From Clostridia bacterium (lineage in GTDB: Bacteria; Bacillota; Clostridia; Oscillospirales; Acutalibacteraceae): a stretch of DNA of 52,735 bases. The translations under genes were made by a program, and so were the position numbers. The stretch is taken from NCBI GenBank assembly GCA_900772705.1, contig CAAGRQ010000132.1, positions 1 to 52,735 on the forward strand. Direction: 5' to 3'. The notes beneath the pieces are model-generated. The model had not been told where the DNA came from. It did not search any database and saw only the letters and a program-made list of their open reading frames with translations. Positions 38,973 to 47,386 of this stretch are shown here, piece after piece (the stretch's first letter is position 1; the number at the start of each line of letters is the position of its first letter).

Positions 38973-39019
38973 AAAAAACCGATTTGAAGCAGTTTCAAGC
39001 CTCAAATCGGTTTTTGTTT
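38973..39019. terminator. Bidirectional terminator
   Basis: AAAAACCGATTTGA...TCAAATCGGTTTTT. Confidence 0.8.
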
Positions 39020-40000
39020 TTATTGACTTTTTTCTTTATCGTTAGCACTTATATCTCTGTCGATGGCTTCCATCTCCGCACGGGCAAACTGCTCTTTATG
39101 GCTTTCTCTTTGCTCATCTATGAGTTTTGCTCTGATATTATGCTCGGTACGCAGAAACTCGGTTTTTTTGCTGTAATAGCGGTAATTGTATGCCACCATA
39201 ACTATGCCTATCACCAAAATAACTGCGCCGACCGCCATAATTATTTTCAGTATATCGTTCAAAACATCCGCAAGTGCCATATTATACACATCTATATCCA
39301 TAAACCTAAGCGTGGAGGTGTACTTCATTAAAAGCGCAAATATCGGCAAAATAACCATAGCTTCGCCTGCGGTAATCAGCCCCATTCCCATATAATCAAA
39401 TTTCTTATGTTTACCATAGGAAGTAAAGTCTATAATCACTGCACAGGCAATAAATATCAAAACGGAGAATATAATCGTTATAAGCGGCTTATTGGTATAA
39501 GTAAGAGCGAAAATAATAATATTCTTAGTACTCTCGTCGCCGACCGTATCGTTAAACACATCCACGGCAAAACACGAATCACGCACAAGTTCATCCTCTG
39601 TAATTGGGATTCCGTTTTCCTTACAGTAATTCAAAAGTCCCGTGCGATAGTAGCCATAAAGATATTTTGACTCGGTATAATCGGTGTCGTATCCCTTTAC
39701 GATATTATTAGCCGCCTGGTGCAAAGCGGTTCTGATGTGACCTTCTTGAATTGCACCGGTGTACGCCTTTGTGGGCAGTCCCGTAGTATCGGCAACGCCT
39801 GCGATAGCCGTATTAACTTCGTCCAAAAGTTGAGAATTATATTTTTCAAATCTCTTTTGAACAAAACTTTCGTCTCTGAGCAGACCCGATGAAATACCGA
39901 CCGATACGCTCAATACAACGCAAGCCGCCATAACAAGAGCCATAAAGAAATAAGCGATACGCCTGAGCGAAAAAGTTAAATCATGCTTTTTGTTTGACAT
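39020..40000 (-). CDS. Hypothetical membrane protein (1 N-terminal TM, large loop, 3 TM)
   Basis: Long ORF with hydrophobic segments; ATG 40000 after GAGGTG (alternative GTG 40009); abuts the sortase-like gene. Confidence 0.8.
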   Translation of the reverse strand: MSNKKHDLTFSLRRIAYFFMALVMAACVVLSVSVGISSGLLRDESFVQKRFEKYNSQLLDEVNTAIAGVADTTGLPTKAYTGAIQEGHIRTALHQAANNIVKGYDTDYTESKYLYGYYRTGLLNYCKENGIPITEDELVRDSCFAVDVFNDTVGDESTKNIIIFALTYTNKPLITIIFSVLIFIACAVIIDFTSYGKHKKFDYMGMGLITAGEAMVILPIFALLMKYTSTLRFMDIDVYNMALADVLNDILKIIMAVGAVILVIGIVMVAYNYRYYSKKTEFLRTEHNIRAKLIDEQRESHKEQFARAEMEAIDRDISANDKEKSQ

Positions 40001-40010
40001 TCCGCTCACC

Positions 40011-40616
40011 TCATTCCTTTACTGAATCGGCAATGTAAATCGTATAAAAATACGAGCCGTTCTCTTCAAAATTCTTATACGGTCTGCATAAAATCAAGGT
40101 ATTATCCTTTTTATAATTAAGAATCTCGTCTCTTGTGAGATTAACCTCAATCTGCTTTATTTTATAACTGTAAGAGTCCTTTGCATAAAAGTCAACCGTC
40201 ACAATATCGCCGACCGCAGCCTTGTGCAAATTACGAAATTCGCCATCGGTGTTGTCACCGACAATCATAACGCATCCGTTGTTCCACGGCTCGGCAGACT
40301 CAGGCATAAGAGACGCCGCATCCGTGTCCTCGTTCTCACTGTTATATGTAACGGCACAGCCGAGAGCCGCATCATCACTGCTTATCCAGCCCACAAAACG
40401 GTTAAGCCTTAAATCATCAAAACTGTCAAACTCTCTTAAATAATAATCGTAATCCTTTGCGTTATAGGTTTTAACAGCCTGCGTTTTGTCCGTCGCAACG
40501 GGAAGCGAAGCGATAATTTTAGGCACTGCCAAAGCCGCAATGACAATCAAAACGGCAACCGTCACAAGCGGAAACACAACAGCCTTTTTTATGTAGCTTG
40601 ACTTCAAGTCGTTCAT
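40011..40616 (-). CDS. Degenerate sortase-fold protein (class D-like)
   Basis: N-terminal TM; EPWNNGCVMIVGDN..FRNL....VGDIV....YSYKI....TLILCRPY follows the sortase pattern with catalytic positions altered; AGGAGG RBS. Confidence 0.65.
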   Translation of the reverse strand: MNDLKSSYIKKAVVFPLVTVAVLIVIAALAVPKIIASLPVATDKTQAVKTYNAKDYDYYLREFDSFDDLRLNRFVGWISSDDAALGCAVTYNSENEDTDAASLMPESAEPWNNGCVMIVGDNTDGEFRNLHKAAVGDIVTVDFYAKDSYSYKIKQIEVNLTRDEILNYKKDNTLILCRPYKNFEENGSYFYTIYIADSVKE

Positions 40617-40650
40617 CTAACCCCTCCTGCTTAAAGTCTTTATTATTACA

Positions 40651-40679
40651 ATTATATACTAAGCTAATATCATATTCAA
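40651..40679 (-). promoter_or_regulatory. Sigma-A promoter of the sortase-like pair
   Basis: Minus strand TTGAAT, 17 bp, TATAAT. Confidence 0.65.
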
Positions 40680-40705
40680 GCATTTTATTAACAGTATATT
40701 AAAAC

Positions 40706-40740
40706 AAAAACGGCGTTCGTGCTTTTGCGAATACCGTTTT
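40706..40740 (-). terminator. Second hairpin downstream of the GH112 gene
   Basis: AAAACGGCGTTCG...CGAATACCGTTTT. Confidence 0.5.
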
Positions 40741-40769
40741 CAATATTATTGTTCGGTTACAAAATCGTC

Positions 40770-40810
40770 AAAAACCGCTTTCTTAGGATTAACCTAAGAG
40801 AGCGGTTTTT
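40770..40810 (-). terminator. Terminator of the GH136/GH112 operon
   Basis: AAAAACCGCTTTCTTAGG-ATTAA-CCTAAGAGAGCGGTTTTT. Confidence 0.8.
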
Positions 40811-40837
40811 AATGTGTGATATTTTATTATGATTTTA

Positions 40838-43039
40838 TTATATATGATACCATTTAATCTCGTTAGCGTCGAGGTGAAGGTCGAAACTTGTGCCGTCGCC
40901 TACATATACGGTGGTATCCTGCGGTTCGTATGTATTATTTACAACACAGTATTTGCCGTTTTTAACATAAGCGTGAACCTCAACATTATAGTTAGTGGAA
41001 TACCAACGGTTAAGTTCATTCTCGGCACTTGCACTCCAAAGAACCGCACGGTAGAGAACACGGCTGTTCTCAAATGAATACGGAAGTCCGCTGATATAAA
41101 CGCCTCTGCCCTTACCGAACTGTCTGACAGCCATTTGCACCTCTTCGGCATGACGAACCATAAACGGAAGCTCGGTAGCATTTTGAACAAGAACGGTTGT
41201 ACCGTCAAGAGCGACAATGTTTTTCTTGCCCTCACCGAAGTCAACCTTACCGTTATCTGTATCGGCAAGAATGAAGTGGTCACGATGTTCCTCGGTATTG
41301 TATCTACGGGTATTGAGAGTAAAACCGTTTTCCTCCTCAACGCCCAAAATGTCGTCAAGCTGGAAGAACTTACCCTGCCAATGATGAGCAGCCGGCTCAC
41401 CTACGCCGATAAATCCTCCGCCGTTATATACAAAACTTTTAATTGCGGTAACGATTTCCTCATCTGCCCAATATTCGCCGCCCGACTGTGCGGTGTCTGC
41501 ATCACCGACATTGATAATAACATCAATATCGTCAAGCAAATTCTTATCATTTTTAATATCGTCAAAACTGATAAACTTAACATCAAACGGTGCGCCGCTG
41601 AGAGCCTCGATAATGCCGAAATATGAATAATTCTGTCTGTAATATAATCCGTGGTGCACCATATGATTTGCCCACGAACGCATCTTGCCCCAGCAGTTAA
41701 GCACTGCAACTTTCTTTACGCAGTAAGGAGTAACGCCCTGAATATTATCATAAAGAGTGCGGAATTCATCACAAACGCCCTCAATATAATCAACGAACTC
41801 GGGGAACTGAAGCGCAAGTTTCAAATATCCGCCGTAGCCGATACGCTGAATAGGACTTCTGAGAATTGCTCTTCTTGCAGTAACCCAATTAACCTTTGCC
41901 TCATAAATCGGGTCGCCGCCCTCATGGAAAACATCGGGGAAGAAGTAAGGCAAAAATCTGCCCTCTGTGTACTTAACATTCTTAATATCGCTGAAAAGAC
42001 GAAGAGTTGCGCCGTTTCCGACAGAACCTACAACCGCATCAAGACCGATTGAAGCAAACTCGTCCATAAACGGCTCCATACCGATCCAGTGGTCGCCCAT
42101 AAACATCATTGCCTCTTTGCCGTACTCGTGAACAATGTCAACCATTTCCTTAGCAAGTTTTGCGACCTCTCGTCTTTGGAACGCCTGGAAGTCCCTAAAC
42201 TCCTTTGACGGAATGCGATATGTATTATTCATATATCCCTGGTCAATGATGAACTCGGGACGGAATTTATATCCTACCTCCTGTTCAAACTGAGCAAGAA
42301 TATACGGGCTGACCGATGCGGAATAACCGAACCAGTCAACAAACTTTTCTCTGGCAAGTTCGTCAAAAATGAGAGTGAACTGATGGAAGAAAGTTGTAAA
42401 TCTTACAACATCAACATACTCGTGAGTTTCAAGGAATTTACGAAGTCTATCAAGAGAATGCGCTCTCGTCTTAGGCTGACGAACATCAAATGTAATCTGC
42501 GGTTCAACATCCTTCCATTCGTTTACCACAGCGTTATACATATGCACCGGGTCCCACATAATGTAAGCAAGAAAACTTACGGTATACTCGTGGAATGCCT
42601 TAGCGTTTGAAATAATTACATTTCCGCTTTGCGAGTCATACTTCCAATCGTTTACCGAAACAACCTCACCCGTTGTGCGGTCGATAACCTCCCACCATCT
42701 TGTAATATCGTCACGGTCATTTACTTTGAGCATATCGGGATAAAGGTTATCCATAAGATGAATTTCAAGTGAATCGCTTACAGCAGTATGGAACTTCGTC
42801 ATAATATACATCTGCTGAATTTCATCGGGGTTTGCCTTAGCCCATTCGTTATCCTTACGAGTGGTATAATAGGTGGCGTAAACCTTTGCACCTGCGTCCT
42901 TTAATTCCTGCGGAAATTCCGTACCGTCGCAGTCACGAATAGCGTCTGCGCCCCATTTGTCCATAATTTCGAGCGTTTCCTTTACCACATCCATATCGGT
43001 GGGTATAGTAACTCTTCCCTTTGCCTTTGCCTTTGCCAT
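40838..43039 (-). CDS. gnpA: 1,3-beta-galactosyl-N-acetylhexosamine phosphorylase (GH112)
   Basis: GRVTIPTD, WGADAIRDCDGT, WDPVHMYN, RFTTFFHQF, MFMGDHW, EGRFLPYFFPD, RIGYGGY. Confidence 0.95.
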   Translation of the reverse strand: MAKAKAKGRVTIPTDMDVVKETLEIMDKWGADAIRDCDGTEFPQELKDAGAKVYATYYTTRKDNEWAKANPDEIQQMYIMTKFHTAVSDSLEIHLMDNLYPDMLKVNDRDDITRWWEVIDRTTGEVVSVNDWKYDSQSGNVIISNAKAFHEYTVSFLAYIMWDPVHMYNAVVNEWKDVEPQITFDVRQPKTRAHSLDRLRKFLETHEYVDVVRFTTFFHQFTLIFDELAREKFVDWFGYSASVSPYILAQFEQEVGYKFRPEFIIDQGYMNNTYRIPSKEFRDFQAFQRREVAKLAKEMVDIVHEYGKEAMMFMGDHWIGMEPFMDEFASIGLDAVVGSVGNGATLRLFSDIKNVKYTEGRFLPYFFPDVFHEGGDPIYEAKVNWVTARRAILRSPIQRIGYGGYLKLALQFPEFVDYIEGVCDEFRTLYDNIQGVTPYCVKKVAVLNCWGKMRSWANHMVHHGLYYRQNYSYFGIIEALSGAPFDVKFISFDDIKNDKNLLDDIDVIINVGDADTAQSGGEYWADEEIVTAIKSFVYNGGGFIGVGEPAAHHWQGKFFQLDDILGVEEENGFTLNTRRYNTEEHRDHFILADTDNGKVDFGEGKKNIVALDGTTVLVQNATELPFMVRHAEEVQMAVRQFGKGRGVYISGLPYSFENSRVLYRAVLWSASAENELNRWYSTNYNVEVHAYVKNGKYCVVNNTYEPQDTTVYVGDGTSFDLHLDANEIKWYHI

Positions 43040-43055
43040 TAATCTACCTCGCTGT

Positions 43056-44345
43056 TTATTTTTCTATTTTAATAATTTCGTTGTCTTTAAGCGTCATCTT
43101 GCCGTGATTTCTCGGCCGTCTGAACGGAACGCCCTTGCGAACATAATATTTATTATTCGCAACATAAGCGTCGGGATTGCTCGCCGGAGTCATGGTTCCG
43201 CTCAAATCGTCAACGCTGACATTATTTGTAAATGTATTATGCACAGCCTGCTGCATACAAAACATCATACAACCGCCCTCGTTAAGACGGGAGTAGTTGC
43301 TGTCATATGTAGTACCGTCGCCCGAGTCTGCATCATACGCCATACCGTCCTGATTAAGTTTTGTATCCACAGCCTCGTTATATTTGAGCAATGCATTCTT
43401 GCACTTCCACGGCCAAATAGCCGCCGCAACCTTGCCCTGACGCTTTTCGGGATATTTATAATATCTGTCGTTCATCTCCGTAGCGCAGGAGTCGGACATA
43501 TTGTGCTCAACAATCGGCTCAAGCGCATACATCGGAGTAATTGCGTCGCCGCCTGCAAATTTAACATAGTTATTAGTGAGTTTAATATTCTCGTTGCCGT
43601 ATTTCTTAAAGGTCTCCTCGCTGAGTTCCTTAGTCGAAAAATCATTATGGCGGTAAGAGTAACCGACGGCAATGCCCCATCTGCTTACATTTTTAACGAA
43701 ACAACCGTTTACCGTAACGCCGTCATACCTTGCAACGCCTGTCTTTCCCTCATCTGCCGGAGTGAAGCAGGTCATATATATTCCGCCGTTATTCATATGC
43801 TTGTTGTAAACATTTCCGTTTACATCGTGGATATAAAGATTATCCAGAGTAATTGAATGAACGGTGCCTCTGTTTTGAGCAACTGCGGCAACGCCCGTTC
43901 TGTCCGTTTTGTCGGGAGCGGAATAAGCCTCTGCATTTTTGAACTCTGCTTTATTGCTGATTTCTATATCGTGAATAATAATATTCTCCGTATCGTAAAG
44001 AAGCACCGCCGAAGAAACATCACCCTTATACACATGATGCTGAAAATCCAGCACCGTGCCGTAGTCCTGAAACCACAACCCCGTACCGTTTGCGGCAATG
44101 TGCGGCATATTTTCGTTTTCGCCGTATGCACCGATTTCGATAGGCTCGCCGTTAATATCGCCTGCATTTTTGATATGCAAAAACTGATTTTCAAAAAGCG
44201 AACCGTTTTCAAGCAGGACCTTATCCCCTGCGCCGAGCGCAATTGAATTGATTTTATCAAGGGTCAAAAAAGCGGTCTCTTTCGTTAATCCGTCGTTTGA
44301 ATCGTTTCCGTTAAGAGAGCTGACATAATATACCGTTGATTTCAT
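43056..44345 (-). CDS. GH136 lacto-N-biosidase catalytic beta-helix subunit
   Basis: YYVSS..GNDSNDG beta-helix start, KHMNNGGI, AAIWPW, DGMAYDAD with Asp pair seven residues apart; no signal peptide; next to GH112. Confidence 0.8.
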   Translation of the reverse strand: MKSTVYYVSSLNGNDSNDGLTKETAFLTLDKINSIALGAGDKVLLENGSLFENQFLHIKNAGDINGEPIEIGAYGENENMPHIAANGTGLWFQDYGTVLDFQHHVYKGDVSSAVLLYDTENIIIHDIEISNKAEFKNAEAYSAPDKTDRTGVAAVAQNRGTVHSITLDNLYIHDVNGNVYNKHMNNGGIYMTCFTPADEGKTGVARYDGVTVNGCFVKNVSRWGIAVGYSYRHNDFSTKELSEETFKKYGNENIKLTNNYVKFAGGDAITPMYALEPIVEHNMSDSCATEMNDRYYKYPEKRQGKVAAAIWPWKCKNALLKYNEAVDTKLNQDGMAYDADSGDGTTYDSNYSRLNEGGCMMFCMQQAVHNTFTNNVSVDDLSGTMTPASNPDAYVANNKYYVRKGVPFRRPRNHGKMTLKDNEIIKIEK

Positions 44346-44757
44346 TTTCGTATTCTTCCTCTCTTATTTTTTTGTAAATAACCGTTTTAACCTCAAAAAA
44401 GAAAAAGCGTTCTCTGTTATATCTTGTGAACAAATCCTTGTTTGCCTTATAATAAGCCTTCATATCCTTTTTTGCAATCGGCTTAAAATCGTAATTAACC
44501 TTATCGCTTTCCGACACAAAATCGAGTTTAAATCTCGTAAGTTCGTAATCGAGATACTCCATAGGCGAAAGATGAACGGGTCCGTAAACAGTCTCGTTAT
44601 TTTCGAGTTTCTTTTTTCTGTTTTCGTTCTCTTTATTGCATCTGTCGTACACTGCATCAAGACTATCATCACTTATCAAAGACAGTCTTTTTGCAAAAGT
44701 AAGGCAGGCAAGAGCATATTTCCTTTCGTCCTCGGAGGAAAATATAATTTTATTCAT
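44311..44757 (-). CDS. GH136 accessory subunit (Lnb136-I/LnbY-like)
   Basis: 148-aa helical protein with EN..R......ETVYG and YYKANKDLFTRY; overlaps the beta-helix gene by 35 nt; start at ATG 44757. Confidence 0.7.
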   Translation of the reverse strand: MNKIIFSSEDERKYALACLTFAKRLSLISDDSLDAVYDRCNKENENRKKKLENNETVYGPVHLSPMEYLDYELTRFKLDFVSESDKVNYDFKPIAKKDMKAYYKANKDLFTRYNRERFFFFEVKTVIYKKIREEEYENEINGILCQLS

Positions 44758-44801
44758 AGCATTCTCCCGATAAAAAATCATTTTTCAGTTACAGTATTTA
44801 T

Positions 44802-44830
44802 ATAATACTTAATTCAGCCGCCTTTTGCAA
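44802..44830 (-). promoter_or_regulatory. Sigma-A promoter of the GH136/GH112 operon
   Basis: Minus strand TTGCAA, 17 bp, TATTAT. Confidence 0.6.
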
Positions 44831-44889
44831 GCAAAAACAAAAAATAGCACCCTCTTTTTTCAAAAGAAAACAGAGAGTGCTCCAAAATT

Positions 44890-46278
44890 CTATTTCTTAT
44901 GCCGAACGGATTTCTTGTTTTTGTCCAAAAGAGGGATTGTTTCCTTTGACATAGGAATAAGGACAATAAGATTAATTATCGTCATAAGCCCTATTCCCAC
45001 ATCGCCTAAGTCCCAAACAACGGTAAACGAACGCAAACCGCCAACAAAAAGCATAACGAGTGCGACCACCTTGTAAATGTTTTGGCTCAGCCAATTTTCG
45101 CCGCAGATATAGGATACATTCGAGCGAGCGTAAAAGAGCACGCCCAGAAATGTGGAAAAACTGAATAAAAACAAAATCACTGCAATAAAATACGATCCTA
45201 TCGGTCCGAGATGATAATTCATAGCCGTCTGCAAAAGTTCCATTCCCTGAAGAGAAGCGATAATATCCTGCGGTACAAGCAAAATAATCATAGCGGTACA
45301 GGTGCATATAACAACAGTGTCAATCAAAACGCCGAGAGACTGCACCATTCCGATGGTCTCGGGACTCTTGCCCTCTGCGGCTGCGGCGGCACACGGAGCA
45401 GAACCCGAGCCTGCCTCATTAGAAAACAGTCCTCGTTTTATTCCGTTCATAAGAACTGCACCGAAGCCTCCCGACACTGCCTGCTTAAAACCGAACGCCT
45501 CCTCAAAAATCCGAGAGAATACCGACGGCATAAGCCTGATATTTTTCAGCATAATAAAAATCGTAATCAGAAAATAAAGCACCGCCATAATCGGCACAAT
45601 GACATCGAGAAATTTAACCGTTGCGTTTTTTCTGAGCACTATAACCGCCGCAATGGCAACTAAAAGGGCGGTAGTATAAATCGGCGGTATCGAAAACGCA
45701 TTGCTGAAAGCGGAAGTAACGGAATTACTCACCACCTGGCTGATTCCGCACCAACACACCAATCCGAAGAACGCAAACAAAAGCGCAAGAACTGATTTTT
45801 TAATCTTCTTTTTTCGCTTTTCCTCAACAAAATCGTGGATATAATAAGCAGGTCCGCCGTGATAACCGCCGTACAACTTGTCCTTTTTCTTATGAAGTTG
45901 AGCAAGCGTGCCCTCTGCATAAGCGGTGGAGGCTCCCAAAATCGCAGTCACCCACATCCAAAACACAGCCCCTGCTCCGCCGAACGAAATGGCGGCAACA
46001 ACGCCGACGAGATTTCCCATTCCGACTCTGGTGGCGGTGGAAACGATAAGAGTCTGAAAGGCGGAAAGGCTGCTTTTATCATCCTTTTTCTCACCGAGTG
46101 CTCTCACCATTTCGGGAAATTTGCGAATGGGCATAACCCTTGTTCTTACCGTAAAATAAACTCCGGCAGGTATAAGCAACAAAACCAACAACGGTATGCC
46201 TATAACCGTATCGCCTAACCTGAGCGTAAATAAATCGTTCCACAAAAAGCCGTAAATCGCTTCAATTATTGCAGTCAT
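44890..46278 (-). CDS. alsT: Alanine/glycine:cation symporter (AGCS family)
   Basis: RVGMGNLVGV, GGAGAVFWMW, GGPAYYI, KRGLFSNEAGSGS; start at ATG 46278 after GGAG. Confidence 0.92.
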   Translation of the reverse strand: MTAIIEAIYGFLWNDLFTLRLGDTVIGIPLLVLLLIPAGVYFTVRTRVMPIRKFPEMVRALGEKKDDKSSLSAFQTLIVSTATRVGMGNLVGVVAAISFGGAGAVFWMWVTAILGASTAYAEGTLAQLHKKKDKLYGGYHGGPAYYIHDFVEEKRKKKIKKSVLALLFAFFGLVCWCGISQVVSNSVTSAFSNAFSIPPIYTTALLVAIAAVIVLRKNATVKFLDVIVPIMAVLYFLITIFIMLKNIRLMPSVFSRIFEEAFGFKQAVSGGFGAVLMNGIKRGLFSNEAGSGSAPCAAAAAEGKSPETIGMVQSLGVLIDTVVICTCTAMIILLVPQDIIASLQGMELLQTAMNYHLGPIGSYFIAVILFLFSFSTFLGVLFYARSNVSYICGENWLSQNIYKVVALVMLFVGGLRSFTVVWDLGDVGIGLMTIINLIVLIPMSKETIPLLDKNKKSVRHKK

Positions 46279-46429
46279 ATCAATTCTCCAAACAAAATAT
46301 AACGGCATCGCCCATACTAAGCAATGCCGCATATATTATCTAATCACAAATCAAGCCCTTTGTCAACAGCAATATCTCATTCACGCACTAAAGCGTGACG
46401 AATATTTTTCTTTCTTTTTGGCTAAATTA

Positions 46430-47386
46430 TCAAAGTCTGAGTTCGTCCTCTTTGCGTTTTTTATAGGAATTAACCGCAATGGGAACAGCCGCACCGATTC
46501 CGCCGCCGACAACTAAGCCGCCGAGCATAAACGCCCACCACAGCCTGAATTTCGGCTGTTTTTCCTGCTCCTGCTCGGTTTCTTCCTTTTTAGACTCAAC
46601 ATTTGAAGTAAGTTCGACCGTCTGACTGAATTCCTCGCCGAAGTCATTTTCATAGGTAATTGTTGCGGTACCCTTAATTTCGCCCAAGGCGTCCGAATCA
46701 ACCGTTAAATTAATCGTTCCGCTTTTGCTTTCACCGACAGGCACTTCGCCTATAAACAAAACGCCGCCCGTGGCAATTCCGTCAACATTAACAGAAACCT
46801 TTGCATTTTTTATTACAGATTTACCCGTGTTCATAAGAGCAACGCTCATCGACGATGAACTGTCCTGAGTCAGTTTTGACGGCAAAATAACACCGTCATA
46901 TGAAAGTTCCGTGCTCTGCTTAACATTAAGATTAACTGTATCGGAATTTGAAAAAGCGGAATAATATTCGTCCTCGTACTCACTCGACACCGTAACCTTA
47001 TGAACGCCGACCGCCGCATTCGCCACTGCGCCCACCTTGATTTTCCAAGTATAAGATGCGCCTGCGTTGATTTTCCGTACAAAAGCAGTACCGGTTCCGT
47101 CACTCTGAATTTCGCCGCTGTCCTCGGAAAATGTCAACTTGACATTATAAATCGCCTTATCACTGCTGTAATTCTTCAGCGTAAGAGAAAGTTCCTTTTG
47201 CTCCGACGGAGAAACATATCCGCCGTCAATACTGCACGAAGTGAGCATAAGTCTCGGCACGCTTGAATTTACCGGCTTCTCATCCTGTGCGTTTTCGGTC
47301 TCTGCGGCAAATGCCGTAAAGCACGGCACAAGCATACAAACGCAAAGCAAAATTGATACTGATAAAGATAATAGTTTTTTCATCAT
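46430..47386 (-). CDS. Secreted Ig-like (CARDB/COG1361-type) protein with C-terminal membrane anchor
   Basis: Signal peptide ending AFA, PRLML, two beta-rich repeats (TLKNYS, LMNTGK), C-terminal TM and basic tail. Confidence 0.75.
   Translation of the reverse strand: MMKKLLSLSVSILLCVCMLVPCFTAFAAETENAQDEKPVNSSVPRLMLTSCSIDGGYVSPSEQKELSLTLKNYSSDKAIYNVKLTFSEDSGEIQSDGTGTAFVRKINAGASYTWKIKVGAVANAAVGVHKVTVSSEYEDEYYSAFSNSDTVNLNVKQSTELSYDGVILPSKLTQDSSSSMSVALMNTGKSVIKNAKVSVNVDGIATGGVLFIGEVPVGESKSGTINLTVDSDALGEIKGTATITYENDFGEEFSQTVELTSNVESKKEETEQEQEKQPKFRLWWAFMLGGLVVGGGIGAAVPIAVNSYKKRKEDELRL

Noticed and set aside
42957..43856. 299-aa plus-strand ORF
   Set aside because: Antisense to the GH136 and GH112 genes; a shadow ORF.
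46279..46429. Glycine riboswitch upstream of the symporter
   Set aside because: No glycine aptamer consensus seen; only a small CGGCAT..ATGCCG hairpin of unclear role.
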